Below, one piece after another: positions 47,083 through 57,763 of a stretch of DNA of 64,000 nt. The stretch spans positions 3,157 through 67,156 of the forward strand of contig MHJF01000006.1 of the NCBI GenBank assembly GCA_001818675.1, written 5' to 3'. Origin of the DNA: Candidatus Harrisonbacteria bacterium RIFCSPHIGHO2_02_FULL_40_20. GTDB taxonomy: Bacteria > Patescibacteriota > Minisyncoccia > UBA6257 > WO2-44-18. The first letter of the stretch is position 1. Each line of letters begins with the position of its first letter. The notes under the pieces were generated by a model. It saw nothing but the letters and a program-made list of their open reading frames with translations, was not told the origin of the DNA and did no database searches. The position numbers and the translations under genes were made by a program.

Positions 47083-48189
47083 TTATTTTATTAGATCAGC
47101 TACATATTCGGCAATTGCCATACTGGACGACAAGCCGGGAGATTCAATGCCGATTAAGTTAATTAAAGGCGGACTTTTTCGATCCATTTGAATAATGAAA
47201 TCATGTTCGCCGGGATTGTTAGTAATTTTCGCTCGAATGCCGGAATAAGCCCATTCTAAATTTTCCGGTTTTAAGGAAGGGCAGAATTTTTGCACGGCTT
47301 TCAAAAAATCTTCTTTTGGGGTTTTATTTTCAGTATAGTAATTTTTACTGGGCACAGGCCTCGTGTTTGGGCCGATGAATAAATCGCCATTAACGCGTGG
47401 GCTGAAATGAATGCCTTTGCCTGGAGAACTCGCGGGTATCGCCGGATAGATCAATCGTTTCATGAATCCTGCCGGTTTTCCAATAATTTTATAATATTCG
47501 CCTCGCCAGGGATAAATTTCATAACCGTAATATCCCGCCAGACGAGAAATTTTATCGGCGTAGAGTCCGGCGGCGTTAATAATCATTTTCGTTTCTACGC
47601 CCATATTCAGTGTTTGAATACGATAACCGCCAGAAATTAATTCAATATTGTTTACCGGATTATCAAAGAAAAATTGCGCGCCATTTTTTTTCGCGTCCGC
47701 CCAAAGTTGCCTTGTAAATATCAGCGGATTAATCACCCAGACTGCCGGAATAAAAATGCCTCCTAGCCCTCGAATATTTGGTTCTAAGGCACGGATTCCG
47801 ATTGGACTTAAGAATTTGAATTTTATGCCCTGCGCTCTGCCGCGTTTAATCAGCTCAAACAGCGACCAAACTTCTTTATAAAGACCGCTCCGGATTGCCT
47901 CTAAGGAAATTACTACCATCATGCCGGTATGAAGAATTGGCAGTTTTTTTGACTGGCAATATTTTACTGCCAGCTGATTTCCTCGAAACGACAGTCGCGC
48001 TTTCAGCGAACCTGGTTTTTGATGCAAGCCGGTATGAAGCACGCCGCTGTTGAATTGACTGGTTTCCATTCCAGAATTGGATAATTTTTCCAAAACAACA
48101 ATTTTTTTATCCGGATAGCGCAAGGACAGTTCGCGCGCGATAGCGCAACCCACAACCCCAGCGCCTATAATGACAATATCGTACTTCAT
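47083..48189 (-). CDS. FAD-dependent oxidoreductase (L-2-hydroxyglutarate oxidase family)
   Basis: IIGAGVVG, TS..NSGVLH.G, INAAGLYAD, YSGIR, GIESPGLSS. Confidence 0.9.
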   Translation of the reverse strand: MKYDIVIIGAGVVGCAIARELSLRYPDKKIVVLEKLSNSGMETSQFNSGVLHTGLHQKPGSLKARLSFRGNQLAVKYCQSKKLPILHTGMMVVISLEAIRSGLYKEVWSLFELIKRGRAQGIKFKFLSPIGIRALEPNIRGLGGIFIPAVWVINPLIFTRQLWADAKKNGAQFFFDNPVNNIELISGGYRIQTLNMGVETKMIINAAGLYADKISRLAGYYGYEIYPWRGEYYKIIGKPAGFMKRLIYPAIPASSPGKGIHFSPRVNGDLFIGPNTRPVPSKNYYTENKTPKEDFLKAVQKFCPSLKPENLEWAYSGIRAKITNNPGEHDFIIQMDRKSPPLINLIGIESPGLSSSMAIAEYVADLIK

Positions 48190-48328
48190 TGTTAGTTTCT
48201 TTTTAGCAACCCCTTTATTTAATAATATCAAAGTTCTCAATTATCAATTGAATACAGCTTCGCAGGCAGTTGTCAAATAAGCTGGGCTTTGTTAAAATGC
48301 CCTCGGCATCTTTTAAAGGAGGTGGCAT

Positions 48329-49057
48329 ATGAGAACCGCTAGTTTTTTATTGAGTGTTATTTTATTGCTTGGCGCTAGTGATTCGCAAAGTCCGGTTGGG
48401 CTACGCCTAGAAGAAATAGCCATTCTGAAATTTGATAAAGAAGTAGAATATGATTTTCAAAAGGACGACGATCGAAATTATAAATTAATTTTTGTGGCAT
48501 TCCCGCCTGAGTTCAGCGTGCCAATTAATTTATACGCCTATCCTCAATCTATAACAGTGGTGGTGAGAAAGGATGGCAAAGATTTTACAACGTTGTCGGC
48601 CGAACTAGCCGAGCCGATGGCAGAATTTGAAGGCCAGGGGCGTTATCGCTGTAAATCTCTGACGATTAAAGTTCCGGTAGAAGAGGATGCCGAGCGTTGG
48701 CAAAAATACGTGGAAGGAAAATATAAATTTGTTTCTTTCAATTCCCTTTATAAATATTCTCCTGATCAATATTATTCTCACTGGCTTATTAAAATCGGGG
48801 AATTTGGGCCGGATGCTTTGGTCCCGGTGGACAAGATAGATTTGGTTTTAAAAGAAAAGGTTAGCGATAAAGAGCCGGTAAAGATTTTTCTGGCTGTAGA
48901 CGCTGATGATTTTGGAGGAATTTTGTACTCGGCTCGATCCGCTACGATCTATGCTTTTAGCCAAGAAGAATACAGCCGACTACAAAAAGATTTGGAGGAA
49001 ACTAAACAAAAAAGAGATGATATGAAACAGCCGAAACGTGTAGTGCCTAATAAATAA
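48329..49057 (+). CDS. Secreted hypothetical protein
   Basis: RBS AAGGAGG, signal peptide. Confidence 0.65.
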   Translation: MRTASFLLSVILLLGASDSQSPVGLRLEEIAILKFDKEVEYDFQKDDDRNYKLIFVAFPPEFSVPINLYAYPQSITVVVRKDGKDFTTLSAELAEPMAEFEGQGRYRCKSLTIKVPVEEDAERWQKYVEGKYKFVSFNSLYKYSPDQYYSHWLIKIGEFGPDALVPVDKIDLVLKEKVSDKEPVKIFLAVDADDFGGILYSARSATIYAFSQEEYSRLQKDLEETKQKRDDMKQPKRVVPNK

Positions 49058-49122
49058 TATTGAAAATAAAACATTGTTTTGCTATACTATTTTTAGATTT
49101 TTAAAAAATATGGGAGGGATTT

Positions 49123-49374
49123 ATGGCTTGGTATCGAGCAGAAGTTAGTGGAATTGGCTTTACTATGCAAGCCGGGGAAAAGTTACGAGATGTTAAGGCT
49201 GTTTGTTATGAATTTTCGGCTGACAACGACGAAAATGCCATTGAGAAAGCTGTCCAGTTTGCGAAAACCGGGCAGGTCATTGAATCATTCTGGTTTGATG
49301 GCACCTATACAAAAATTAACATAATGAAATTTATTACTCCTCTGCCAACTGAATCAAAAGCTTATCTTGTTTAA
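49123..49374 (+). CDS. Hypothetical protein
   Basis: RBS GGGAGG, terminator downstream. Confidence 0.55.
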   Translation: MAWYRAEVSGIGFTMQAGEKLRDVKAVCYEFSADNDENAIEKAVQFAKTGQVIESFWFDGTYTKINIMKFITPLPTESKAYLV

Positions 49375-49479
49375 AACTCTTCACCCTGAGTGAATTTACC
49401 CCCGACATAACGTCGGGGTTTTTATATACCTAGAGTTATGCACATCTTTAAGGCTGATTTATGGTAAATTTATTATATG

Positions 49480-49619
49480 CCCGGTAGCGACAACTGCGAT
49501 AAGGGCAATTCGATGCGTCAATGAATTTAACTAAAACTATGTTTTTTCAAAGGTCATAATCAATAATAATGATTGCGAGACATTGTCTAAAGCAGCGCAA
49601 TCGCAATTGTAGCACCGGG
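49480..49619 (+). mobile_element. MITE-like element family C, copy 1
   Basis: TATG[CCCGGTAGCGACAACTGCGAT...ATCGCAATTGTAGCACCGGG]TATG. Confidence 0.85.
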
Positions 49620-49620
49620 T

Positions 49621-52335
49621 ATGAGAAAAATTGTCACTTTAATAAGCGCGGGAGTGTTTCTTTTCTTTTCTGGAGCTTTAGCGCAGGTTTCCGCTCCTAC
49701 TAATTTTCCATCGCCTATAGATGAGCCGGAATTAGCCGCCGTGGAACCCATATCCGCGATTGAGGCCACCAGGCCGATTGTTTATCTTCAAGATTTTTCT
49801 CTTTCCGGATCGGAATTTAAACCGGGAGGAAGCATAGGTATTAGATTTACCGCGGTTAGCGGCAATGAAGTTGCTTTAAGCGACGTTCAATATTCCGTTG
49901 CCCTTTTAAAAAATGTGTTATTGTTTGACGAAAAAATTTTTGAGGAAAAACTTTTAATCTATCCAGAAGATAAAATCAGAAAGAGTATCCAATATAAATT
50001 GCCGGAAAAGCTGGCGGATGGAGAATATTTGATCGGCGTTTATTTAGTGAATGCGAAAGGAATGACTTATGGTTTTGCTGACCCTTTGCCTATTAAGATT
50101 TCCGGAGGCGGCGCGTTTGTGGAGCTAAGTAATCCCCAGATTATTGTTCGCGGCGCAACCTATCCCGCGGCTGCTGGAGTAACAGTTAAATCTAATGACA
50201 CGATAAGAGGCGAAGCAGCTTTCCATAATCTGTCTAATGAAACTATTTTAGTAATGCCACGCGTCAAAATTTTAAAACGAGGATTGAGCGATCAAATTCT
50301 TCAATCTTATGATGAACCGGCATTTTCTTTAGACGGCGATGACAGCGATATTTTATCTTTTGATTTTAGATATAAATATTCGGATCCGGAAGCGTTGGTT
50401 GCTGATATAGTTCTACTTGATAAAGAGGGCAATACAATTTCTAATCATGCTTTATTTAGATGGGTAACCGAGGGTATCGGAGGAGAAGTGGTGGCTATTC
50501 AAGCTCTGCCGCCTGACCCCACTTTTAAAACTTATAAAGCAGTTGTTTATTATTATGGGCCTGCTGATGCCCAAACTAAAGCCGGATCGGCGGAATTAGT
50601 AGTTACTTTAATTGATCAAGGCAAAGTTATCGGGCAAACAACAGAATCCATTAATCTTAATAGATTAGATAGTAGAACGGTTACGGTGATCGCCAATGCT
50701 TACGCGGAATCGCCCGAGATAAAAGCAGAAATAGTAAAAAGCGGGAAAGTTTTGGATAACTATTCTATTACTCAACCGCCGATTAAAGCCGTTTTTCCAG
50801 CCACTGCGGCATTATGGATTGTTGTTGCTAGCTTAGCAGCTGGCTTAATCGTGTTTTTAGTAAAAAAAATAGGTATGAGAAAATCACAAGTTATTTTACC
50901 TCTTTTGTTTGTCGCTGGATTTTTATTTTTAAACGTGGACATTGCGAAGGCCTCTATTGTTGAAGTTCGTAATGATTACGGTTTTGGTTATTCTTTGCAA
51001 GACCCAACGCATAATCAGACTGTGATAGCTGGCGATACCATCAGGTTTTCTGGCCAAATTTATCAAGAAGGATGTGGGAATGTTACTAATACTTCAGATA
51101 AAGATAAAATTAAATTTTATATTGACAATACGGAATTATCCGGTTATTTATCCCTAACAGAAGTTTTTTGTGGAGCGGGAAAATATTGTTTAAGTTTTAA
51201 TTATTCTTTTTCCGTACCGGCGGATTTAGCCGCGGGACCGCACAAAGCCGGATTTTTCTTTGCTGGTTATCATCCTTGGATTTGCGAAGCCGATCCTAAT
51301 AATCCTGTTTGCCAGAGGCCGTTAGAAGAGCAAGGATATTATTATTTAGATGTTTACGAGCATATTTTAGTGAGTAATCCGGGAACAGAGCAGCCAACTA
51401 ATCTTTCCAGTTTTTGTCCGGTTCCCGGAACTCGAGCGACGATTGCTTGGTTCCCGGTTAGCGGCGCGAAATTTTACGCTTTGAGAATTAATAATTTAGC
51501 TGATGATTGGACAGGGACTTGTTCATCTGCGGCCGGCGATTTTTGCCAGGATATTCAAGCTCCAGCCACTTCTTTTAGTTTTATTTCTCGCCTCAACAAT
51601 GCTTATCAATGGTGGGTTCATGCTTGTAATGATATTTCTTGCGGCAATGCGGCTTTAGGCCAAAATTTTATTTGTCGGGATCGTTTGCCCCAATGTTCAG
51701 ATTCTTTAGATAACGATGGCGACGGAAGAATAGATTATCCCAATGATCCGGGCTGTTCTTCGGCTGATGACGATGATGAAACTAATATCGTAAACCCGCC
51801 TCAATGTTCCGATGGCTTGGATAATGATGGCGATGAGCTTTCTGATTATCCCAATGATCCGGGCTGTTCTTCGGCTGATGACGATGATGAGCTTAATGAT
51901 GGAGGTAGCGGCGGAGGCGGCAATGGCGGTGGAAGTGGAGGAGGTAGCGGCGGAGGTGGAGAACAATTGCCCCAATGTTCAGATTCTTTAGATAACGATG
52001 GCGACGGTTTGCCGGATTTTCCAAATGACCCTAGCTGTTTTTCGGCAACCGACAATAATGAAAATGTTTCTTTCATCATTGAATTCAATTCTAGCCCAGC
52101 GTCTATTGGAATTGGAGGCGTCTCTAATCTTATTTGGTCTACTGTTGGTTTAAATTCTTGCTCTATTAATCAGGGCATTGGATCGGTTTTGGTTAATGGT
52201 TCACGCCCGGTGAGCCCCGCCCAGACTACAACTTATACCCTCAATTGTTTGCAGGGGCCAAATTCTAATAATCCGATTTCTCGACAAGCCACTGTGCAGG
52301 TTAGAAGTTCAAGTTTAGAAGAGGTTATCCCTTAG
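49621..52335 (+). CDS. Large surface protein with Ig/FN3-like domains and Ca-binding repeats
   Basis: Signal peptide, internal TM hairpin, 3x PQCSD.LDNDGD...D.PNDP.C. Confidence 0.8.
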   Translation: MRKIVTLISAGVFLFFSGALAQVSAPTNFPSPIDEPELAAVEPISAIEATRPIVYLQDFSLSGSEFKPGGSIGIRFTAVSGNEVALSDVQYSVALLKNVLLFDEKIFEEKLLIYPEDKIRKSIQYKLPEKLADGEYLIGVYLVNAKGMTYGFADPLPIKISGGGAFVELSNPQIIVRGATYPAAAGVTVKSNDTIRGEAAFHNLSNETILVMPRVKILKRGLSDQILQSYDEPAFSLDGDDSDILSFDFRYKYSDPEALVADIVLLDKEGNTISNHALFRWVTEGIGGEVVAIQALPPDPTFKTYKAVVYYYGPADAQTKAGSAELVVTLIDQGKVIGQTTESINLNRLDSRTVTVIANAYAESPEIKAEIVKSGKVLDNYSITQPPIKAVFPATAALWIVVASLAAGLIVFLVKKIGMRKSQVILPLLFVAGFLFLNVDIAKASIVEVRNDYGFGYSLQDPTHNQTVIAGDTIRFSGQIYQEGCGNVTNTSDKDKIKFYIDNTELSGYLSLTEVFCGAGKYCLSFNYSFSVPADLAAGPHKAGFFFAGYHPWICEADPNNPVCQRPLEEQGYYYLDVYEHILVSNPGTEQPTNLSSFCPVPGTRATIAWFPVSGAKFYALRINNLADDWTGTCSSAAGDFCQDIQAPATSFSFISRLNNAYQWWVHACNDISCGNAALGQNFICRDRLPQCSDSLDNDGDGRIDYPNDPGCSSADDDDETNIVNPPQCSDGLDNDGDELSDYPNDPGCSSADDDDELNDGGSGGGGNGGGSGGGSGGGGEQLPQCSDSLDNDGDGLPDFPNDPSCFSATDNNENVSFIIEFNSSPASIGIGGVSNLIWSTVGLNSCSINQGIGSVLVNGSRPVSPAQTTTYTLNCLQGPNSNNPISRQATVQVRSSSLEEVIP

Positions 52336-52341
52336 CTTCTT

Positions 52342-53685
52342 ATGGGCATTAGTTTTTTATTCAAGTTTAGATTGGTTTTTGCCGCGGCTGTTATGATATT
52401 TTTAACAGTTTCAGCTTTTGCGCAAATAGCGCAACAGGTAATTTTTACCTTTGTTAATGGAGCAAGCCCGGTGAGTAACCTTACTTTATTTATATTTTTT
52501 CCGGAACAAATTCAGCCTGTAAATTTAAGCGCTGGGATGGTTTGGAATTTAGGAACTCGAACTCTGAATGTGGCGATCAGCCAAGTAGAGTCTAATCAAA
52601 AAGTAAGTTTGCCAGTTTCCATTATTGGTCCGGCTGGGACTTATCAAATTTCCGGAAAGTTGCGCGGACAATGGACTCAAATAGGCCAAAACTTTGAAAG
52701 CGATTTGATTACAGTGGAAACCACGATTCGCGGTACGGGCGCTGTATCGGTTGTGCAATCTATTCGATCTAATCTGCAAGTAGTGGCAGTTGCTAAAAAT
52801 GTAGCTTTGCCAATAGCAATCACTTTAGAGGTGGCTGGAGCTAGCGCTTTAGTAAGTAGCGCTGTTACTGCTAACGCTTCTTTAGCAGTTCATATTGCTG
52901 AAGCATTAAGGTTTCTGCAGTTTATTGGTTTAGGATCATTTCGCATTAGGCGGCATAAACCCTGGGGAAAAGTTTTTAATAGATTAACTGGCAGAGCTAT
53001 TAAAAATGCCACGGTCAGGGTTTTTGAGGTTACATTTCAGAAATTAAAAGATACTCAATTTACGGATGAAAACGGGCGTTTTGGATTTTTAATTTCTCCG
53101 GGGTCCTATTATCTGGTTATTTCTAAAGAAGGATTTCAAGATGTAAAAACAGCGGCATTGAATGTCAAAGGCGGAGAAGAGGCTTTTAACATAGAAGTGG
53201 CTTTAATACCCGAAAGCGGCGCTATTGCCGTAGCGAAGCCATTAGTTAAATTTTTGAATTCTTTAATGAAAATTATTAACATTCTTAATCCTTGGATTTT
53301 GGCTCTTGGAACGCTTGCGAGCATCGGAATTTTAGTGATTTTACCGACACTTTTTAATGTTATTGTTTTGTTAGTTTATGTCAGTTTAGATATAGCCAAA
53401 TTTTTCTTATCTAAGAAAATACTTAAATCTTTTGGTCGGGTAATAGATAAATTAACTCAACAGCCTTTAGCTTTAGTGGTAGTAAGAATTTTTGATGTAG
53501 ATAAAAATTGGCTTTTAACCAGTAGGGTTACCGATGCCTACGGAAGGTTTAAATTTTTAGTCACGCCGGGAAACTATTATATAACCTGCGCTAAGGAAGG
53601 CTATAGGGCTTATGCTTCACAGCCTTTGGCGGTTACTAAAGCCAGTTTGGTAAGTTGGGATATTATTTTAGAACCAGGGGTTTAG
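52342..53685 (+). CDS. Membrane protein with two carboxypeptidase-regulatory-like domains
   Basis: Two G.V....T..P.....VR.F...TD..GRF.FL..PG.YY....KEG repeats. Confidence 0.78.
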   Translation: MGISFLFKFRLVFAAAVMIFLTVSAFAQIAQQVIFTFVNGASPVSNLTLFIFFPEQIQPVNLSAGMVWNLGTRTLNVAISQVESNQKVSLPVSIIGPAGTYQISGKLRGQWTQIGQNFESDLITVETTIRGTGAVSVVQSIRSNLQVVAVAKNVALPIAITLEVAGASALVSSAVTANASLAVHIAEALRFLQFIGLGSFRIRRHKPWGKVFNRLTGRAIKNATVRVFEVTFQKLKDTQFTDENGRFGFLISPGSYYLVISKEGFQDVKTAALNVKGGEEAFNIEVALIPESGAIAVAKPLVKFLNSLMKIINILNPWILALGTLASIGILVILPTLFNVIVLLVYVSLDIAKFFLSKKILKSFGRVIDKLTQQPLALVVVRIFDVDKNWLLTSRVTDAYGRFKFLVTPGNYYITCAKEGYRAYASQPLAVTKASLVSWDIILEPGV

Positions 53686-55225
53686 CTTCACTTAAAAGAC
53701 TTCGGCCAGCCATCTCTTTTGCTTTAGTAATACTCATAAGCTCTAAAATAGTGGGCGCCACATCAGCAAGAATGCCGTTAGGAATAATCGGTTCTAGGTT
53801 CGGTTCACCCGGGTTTTTTAATTTTAAGTCTTGAGCAATCATCCAACATGGCACAGGATTGGTAGAGTGTTCTGTATCTACTTTGGTTGTAGCTAAATTG
53901 ATCATTTCTTCGCAATTTCCGTGATCCGCAGTAATGACCAAAGCCCCATTATTTTTTTCTAAAACGGTCCAAATTTTTCCCAAACAATCATCTACGGCTT
54001 GGATAGCTTGGATAGCGGCTTCAAAATTACCGCTATGCCCAAGAATATCCGTAGCGGCAAAATTTACTGCTAAAAATTCGTATTTTTTTGACTCAATCGC
54101 TTTGATTAATTCTTCGGTAATTTTATAGCTAGACATTTCCGGGGTTTTTACATATCCAAAAGCGTCTACTTTTGGAGAAGGAACAATAATGCGCTCTTCT
54201 CCGGAGAAAGCTTTTTCTGTGCCGCCATTTAAAAAATAAGTTATGTGGGCGTATTTTTCAGTTTCGGCTACATGAAATTGTTTTTTCCCTGATTCCGCAA
54301 CAACCTTAGCAAGGGGATTATGGATTGCTTGGGGAGTCACAGCAATTTTCAGGGGATAATCTTTGTTATATTCCGTCATAGTTGCCAAGAGCATTTTTTT
54401 ATAGTTTTGTTTTAGGAAAACGTCCGTTAATTGCCTGGCGCGATCAGCGCGAAAATTATAAAAGAAGACAGAATCATTTTCTTGAATTAATCCTTTTTCA
54501 TCTAAAAGCGTGGGTTCAAAAAATTCATCTCCAGAGTTTTGTGAATAATTTTTATCTATTACTTCTTGCGGAGATTTGGCCTTAGCCTCACATTTTCCTT
54601 CGGTGAGGCAGAGAAAGGCTTTTTCGGTTAAATCTATTTTTAAGCTTTTATCCATTGCGTAATAACGGCCCATTATCGTGGCAACTTTGGCAATTTTTAA
54701 TTCCTGCATTTTCTTTTCTAGCATATTAAAAAAAGTGAGCGCGGATTTTGGGGAAACGTCTTGACCATCAGTAAAAACATGGATATAAACTGGGCGACTT
54801 ACTTTTTTAATGGCTAAAATATTTAGGATCTCTAAAAGATGGTCAATATGTGAGTGAATGCCCCCATTAGAAAGTAGGCCCATTAGTTGAATGGAAGATT
54901 TATTTTTTTCCGCGTGTTCAATGAGCTCATCCCAAATCTTTAACTTAGCAAAAGATCCATCTTGGATGGCAAATTGGATGCGGGATAAACTTTGATAAAC
55001 AATTAAACCCGCCCCTATATTAATGTGGCCGACTTCTGAATTGCCCATTTCTCCCCAAGATAGCCCAACTTCAACGCCAGAGGCTTGCAGAGCAACGCCG
55101 GGGAAATTACGGCTAAAAAATTCTAGGTTGGGAGTCTTAGCGGCTAAAATGGGATTGCCGCGTTTTTCGCGCCAAATGCCGAATCCGTCTAAAATTGCTA
55201 AAACTACCGGACGAGATTTTGCCAT
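53663..55225 (-). CDS. gpmI: 2,3-BPG-independent phosphoglycerate mutase
   Basis: ILDGFG, MGNSEVGH, NFRADRARQ, ETEKYAH, TADHGN. Confidence 0.97.
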   Translation of the reverse strand: MAKSRPVVLAILDGFGIWREKRGNPILAAKTPNLEFFSRNFPGVALQASGVEVGLSWGEMGNSEVGHINIGAGLIVYQSLSRIQFAIQDGSFAKLKIWDELIEHAEKNKSSIQLMGLLSNGGIHSHIDHLLEILNILAIKKVSRPVYIHVFTDGQDVSPKSALTFFNMLEKKMQELKIAKVATIMGRYYAMDKSLKIDLTEKAFLCLTEGKCEAKAKSPQEVIDKNYSQNSGDEFFEPTLLDEKGLIQENDSVFFYNFRADRARQLTDVFLKQNYKKMLLATMTEYNKDYPLKIAVTPQAIHNPLAKVVAESGKKQFHVAETEKYAHITYFLNGGTEKAFSGEERIIVPSPKVDAFGYVKTPEMSSYKITEELIKAIESKKYEFLAVNFAATDILGHSGNFEAAIQAIQAVDDCLGKIWTVLEKNNGALVITADHGNCEEMINLATTKVDTEHSTNPVPCWMIAQDLKLKNPGEPNLEPIIPNGILADVAPTILELMSITKAKEMAGRSLLSEAKPLVLK

Positions 55226-55350
55226 ATCTTAAATATTGTACAATTTTTAATTTTTAATTTCTAATTTTAGATTAAGAGGCCACTTGATTTTTTAAAAGTT
55301 TTCCGCGAAAATCATTTTAGTAGTTTTCCGCACCTTAATAAATGAAAAGG

Positions 55351-55401
55351 CTAAATCCGCCAACTGGCGGATCGCCCGATCAAAACCTCGTTTTGATTTA
55401 G
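55351..55401 (+). mobile_element. Family B element inside a Shine-Dalgarno site
   Basis: Near-identical to 40869-40919; AAGG[...]GGAGG. Confidence 0.8.
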
Positions 55402-55412
55402 GGAGGTATGCA

Positions 55413-57488
55413 ATGACAAAGAAAGTGGTTAGTCCCGAATTGACGGCGATAGAACAGAAGATGGTAGAAATTTTAACTGCCGGTCCTTGTCATATTAAGA
55501 CATTATCTTCGGCTTTAGATAAGTCTTCAGCTGGCGTTGTTGAGGTGGCGCAGAAACTTCGTGATAAAGGGATTTTTATTGTAAAGCATGAAGAGGTTTT
55601 TTATCTAGGCAATGCGTCAATTGAATTATCGCCTGAAGATATGATGATCAAAGATTTTGAAGTGAAAATCGGTTTTATTGCGGATACAATGTTAGGTAGT
55701 AAATCTGAACAGCCGACGAATTTGTGCCGCGCTTTTCAGATTGCGGAAAATGAAGGCGTGGATGTTATGATTCACCTTGATGTTTCCGCCGGTAAACCAA
55801 CGCCTCTTAAGCAAGATGAATTTCATAAATTAACTGCTGATGAGCAGGCGCAGTATATTGTTCAGAATTATCCTCAATCTAAGAAATTTAGAACTCGCCT
55901 TATTTCCGGTTATCACGATATGCAATGGCGAAAAGATGGCAGGAATATTTTAGCGGAAATTTGTATGCAGCGTGATGATCTTGTCTATCGCGGAGATTGG
56001 CAATCTGATTTCCCTTTACGGCGAGGCCCCGAAAAAGGCAAACGTTGGCCAGTTTTAAAAGCCGCTTATCATGGCGGTGATGATTCGCCTTATTCCAAGT
56101 CTTATCCTATTCAGGGATTTGCGGAAAATCTTATTCAGGACGTGAAAGATCTTTATTCCGGCGATCGTCCAGATATTGTGGCGGTGGCTGGGCAAGGTAT
56201 TTTCTGCGATCTTTCCGGCGGTATTATTCCGGAGTTAATTTCTGTCCCGGGTTTGCGAACGATTCCGCAGTCAATGATGAGAAAGAAGCGCCGTTCGGTA
56301 GTTCCGACTATCGGGTTAACAATTCTCAATATTCGATTCACTAAAGAAGGCGCATTTTCGGTTCAAAAAGCCATTTATCCGCTTTTAGCGATTAAGGATG
56401 ATTATCGTGAAAAATTCTCCGATAACGAATCTATTATGAAAAGCTTGACTGTTGATGGCAAAAAGATTTTGAAATTATTGGAGCAATCTCCAAAGAGTTT
56501 AGGCGAACTTACGCAGGCCATGGATCGTAGCGATGATTCCGTGAAGGCTTTGATTATTAAGCTGCAAAAAGTTGGATTTAATATTCAAGAGCCGGATAAC
56601 GGAGAGAATCCGTCTAAAAATTATCAACTTTGGATGGGTTCACGAGCGGGTTTTAACGCTCCCAAAATTGATTTTAAGAAATATTTTCACACAACCATTA
56701 GGCGCGGCGGAGTTTCCGACACCCATATTGGGCACAATTCTGAACTTTTAAAGATTGTTCACGAGGCTTACGATCTTTTTGTGGAGAAAAAAATTGAAGT
56801 TGTGTATCATTGCGGCGATATTACTAATGGTTTGCCAAAACACGAAGAATACAATAAAGGTGAGGTGCGTGAATCGCGCGCTACGCCACTGACTAATGAT
56901 GTGATTGCTCTTTTTCCGGAACGCAAAGGCATTACGACTCTTGCTATTACCGGAGATCACGACCGTTGGTTTTTAGATAAAGTTGGTTATGATCTTTTAG
57001 ATCCGATTTCAAAAATTCGCCCAGATATTAGGCATCTTGGCATTCAAGAAGGTGAACAATCAGATGGCCAGATTATAACTTGGCTTCGGCATTACAACTG
57101 GGGCACTGGATACGCCAAGTCGTATAAGGGCCAGCAGGTTGCCGAGGGCTTACTGAAAGAAATTGAAAAGGAAAATTCTAAGTATCGCGGTAAAATTTTT
57201 TCTCTGTTGTCGGGTGGCGGCCATGTTTATTGCGCTATGCTTTATAAGGGCATTGTTTTCATTATGATGCCCTGCTTGCAGGGTAAGACGAAATTTATCA
57301 CTGGCTTAGGAAAGCTTTCTGATGTCGGGTATGTGATTTATTCGATTACCCATAGCGAGTCTGGTTTGTTAACAAGATTTACGATTGAATATTTTGATCG
57401 CGGCGCTGAAGCCCTAGCTTTGATTCGTCAGGATGTTGAAATAAGAAAGAGAAACCTTGAAACGGTTTTAATTAAATCTAAAAAGTAA
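55413..57488 (+). CDS. Tandem (wHTH + calcineurin-like metallophosphoesterase) x2 protein
   Basis: Second module SDTH, HCGDITNG, TGDHD, GGHV; first module degenerate ADTM, HLDVSAG, SGYHD, GQ. Confidence 0.75.
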   Translation: MTKKVVSPELTAIEQKMVEILTAGPCHIKTLSSALDKSSAGVVEVAQKLRDKGIFIVKHEEVFYLGNASIELSPEDMMIKDFEVKIGFIADTMLGSKSEQPTNLCRAFQIAENEGVDVMIHLDVSAGKPTPLKQDEFHKLTADEQAQYIVQNYPQSKKFRTRLISGYHDMQWRKDGRNILAEICMQRDDLVYRGDWQSDFPLRRGPEKGKRWPVLKAAYHGGDDSPYSKSYPIQGFAENLIQDVKDLYSGDRPDIVAVAGQGIFCDLSGGIIPELISVPGLRTIPQSMMRKKRRSVVPTIGLTILNIRFTKEGAFSVQKAIYPLLAIKDDYREKFSDNESIMKSLTVDGKKILKLLEQSPKSLGELTQAMDRSDDSVKALIIKLQKVGFNIQEPDNGENPSKNYQLWMGSRAGFNAPKIDFKKYFHTTIRRGGVSDTHIGHNSELLKIVHEAYDLFVEKKIEVVYHCGDITNGLPKHEEYNKGEVRESRATPLTNDVIALFPERKGITTLAITGDHDRWFLDKVGYDLLDPISKIRPDIRHLGIQEGEQSDGQIITWLRHYNWGTGYAKSYKGQQVAEGLLKEIEKENSKYRGKIFSLLSGGGHVYCAMLYKGIVFIMMPCLQGKTKFITGLGKLSDVGYVIYSITHSESGLLTRFTIEYFDRGAEALALIRQDVEIRKRNLETVLIKSKK

Positions 57489-57549
57489 AGTTTACCCCCT
57501 TCTTTTACACATTTGTGTGAAAAGGAGGGGGCTTTTTATTCTCTATGTG

Positions 57550-57657
57550 TGTCATTGCGAGGCCATAAAGCCGAAGCCCTGCCTGCCGGCAGGCAGGAAT
57601 CTAACATTAATGTTTTTTGTAAGATCGCCGCGCTCCTTGCGGTCGCTCGCGATGACA
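57550..57657. repeat. TGTCATTGCGAG...CTCGCGATGACA palindromic repeat with nested CCTGCCTGCCGGCAGGCAGG
   Basis: Visible inverted arms; nested hairpin at 57578-57597. Confidence 0.75.
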
Positions 57658-57763
57658 AAACAAAATAAGGGAGTTGCCAAATTTATTTTTCAGATTATTA
57701 TTAAGAATAGTCAGTTGAAGCGTACTTTAAAAATAAAATCTTGATTTTTTGAAAGGAGCCGGT

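Noticed and set aside
51685-52060. DNA direct repeats as a DGR template/variable pair
   Set aside because: They encode protein repeats, show no clear adenine-specific pattern, and there is no reverse transcriptase in the window.
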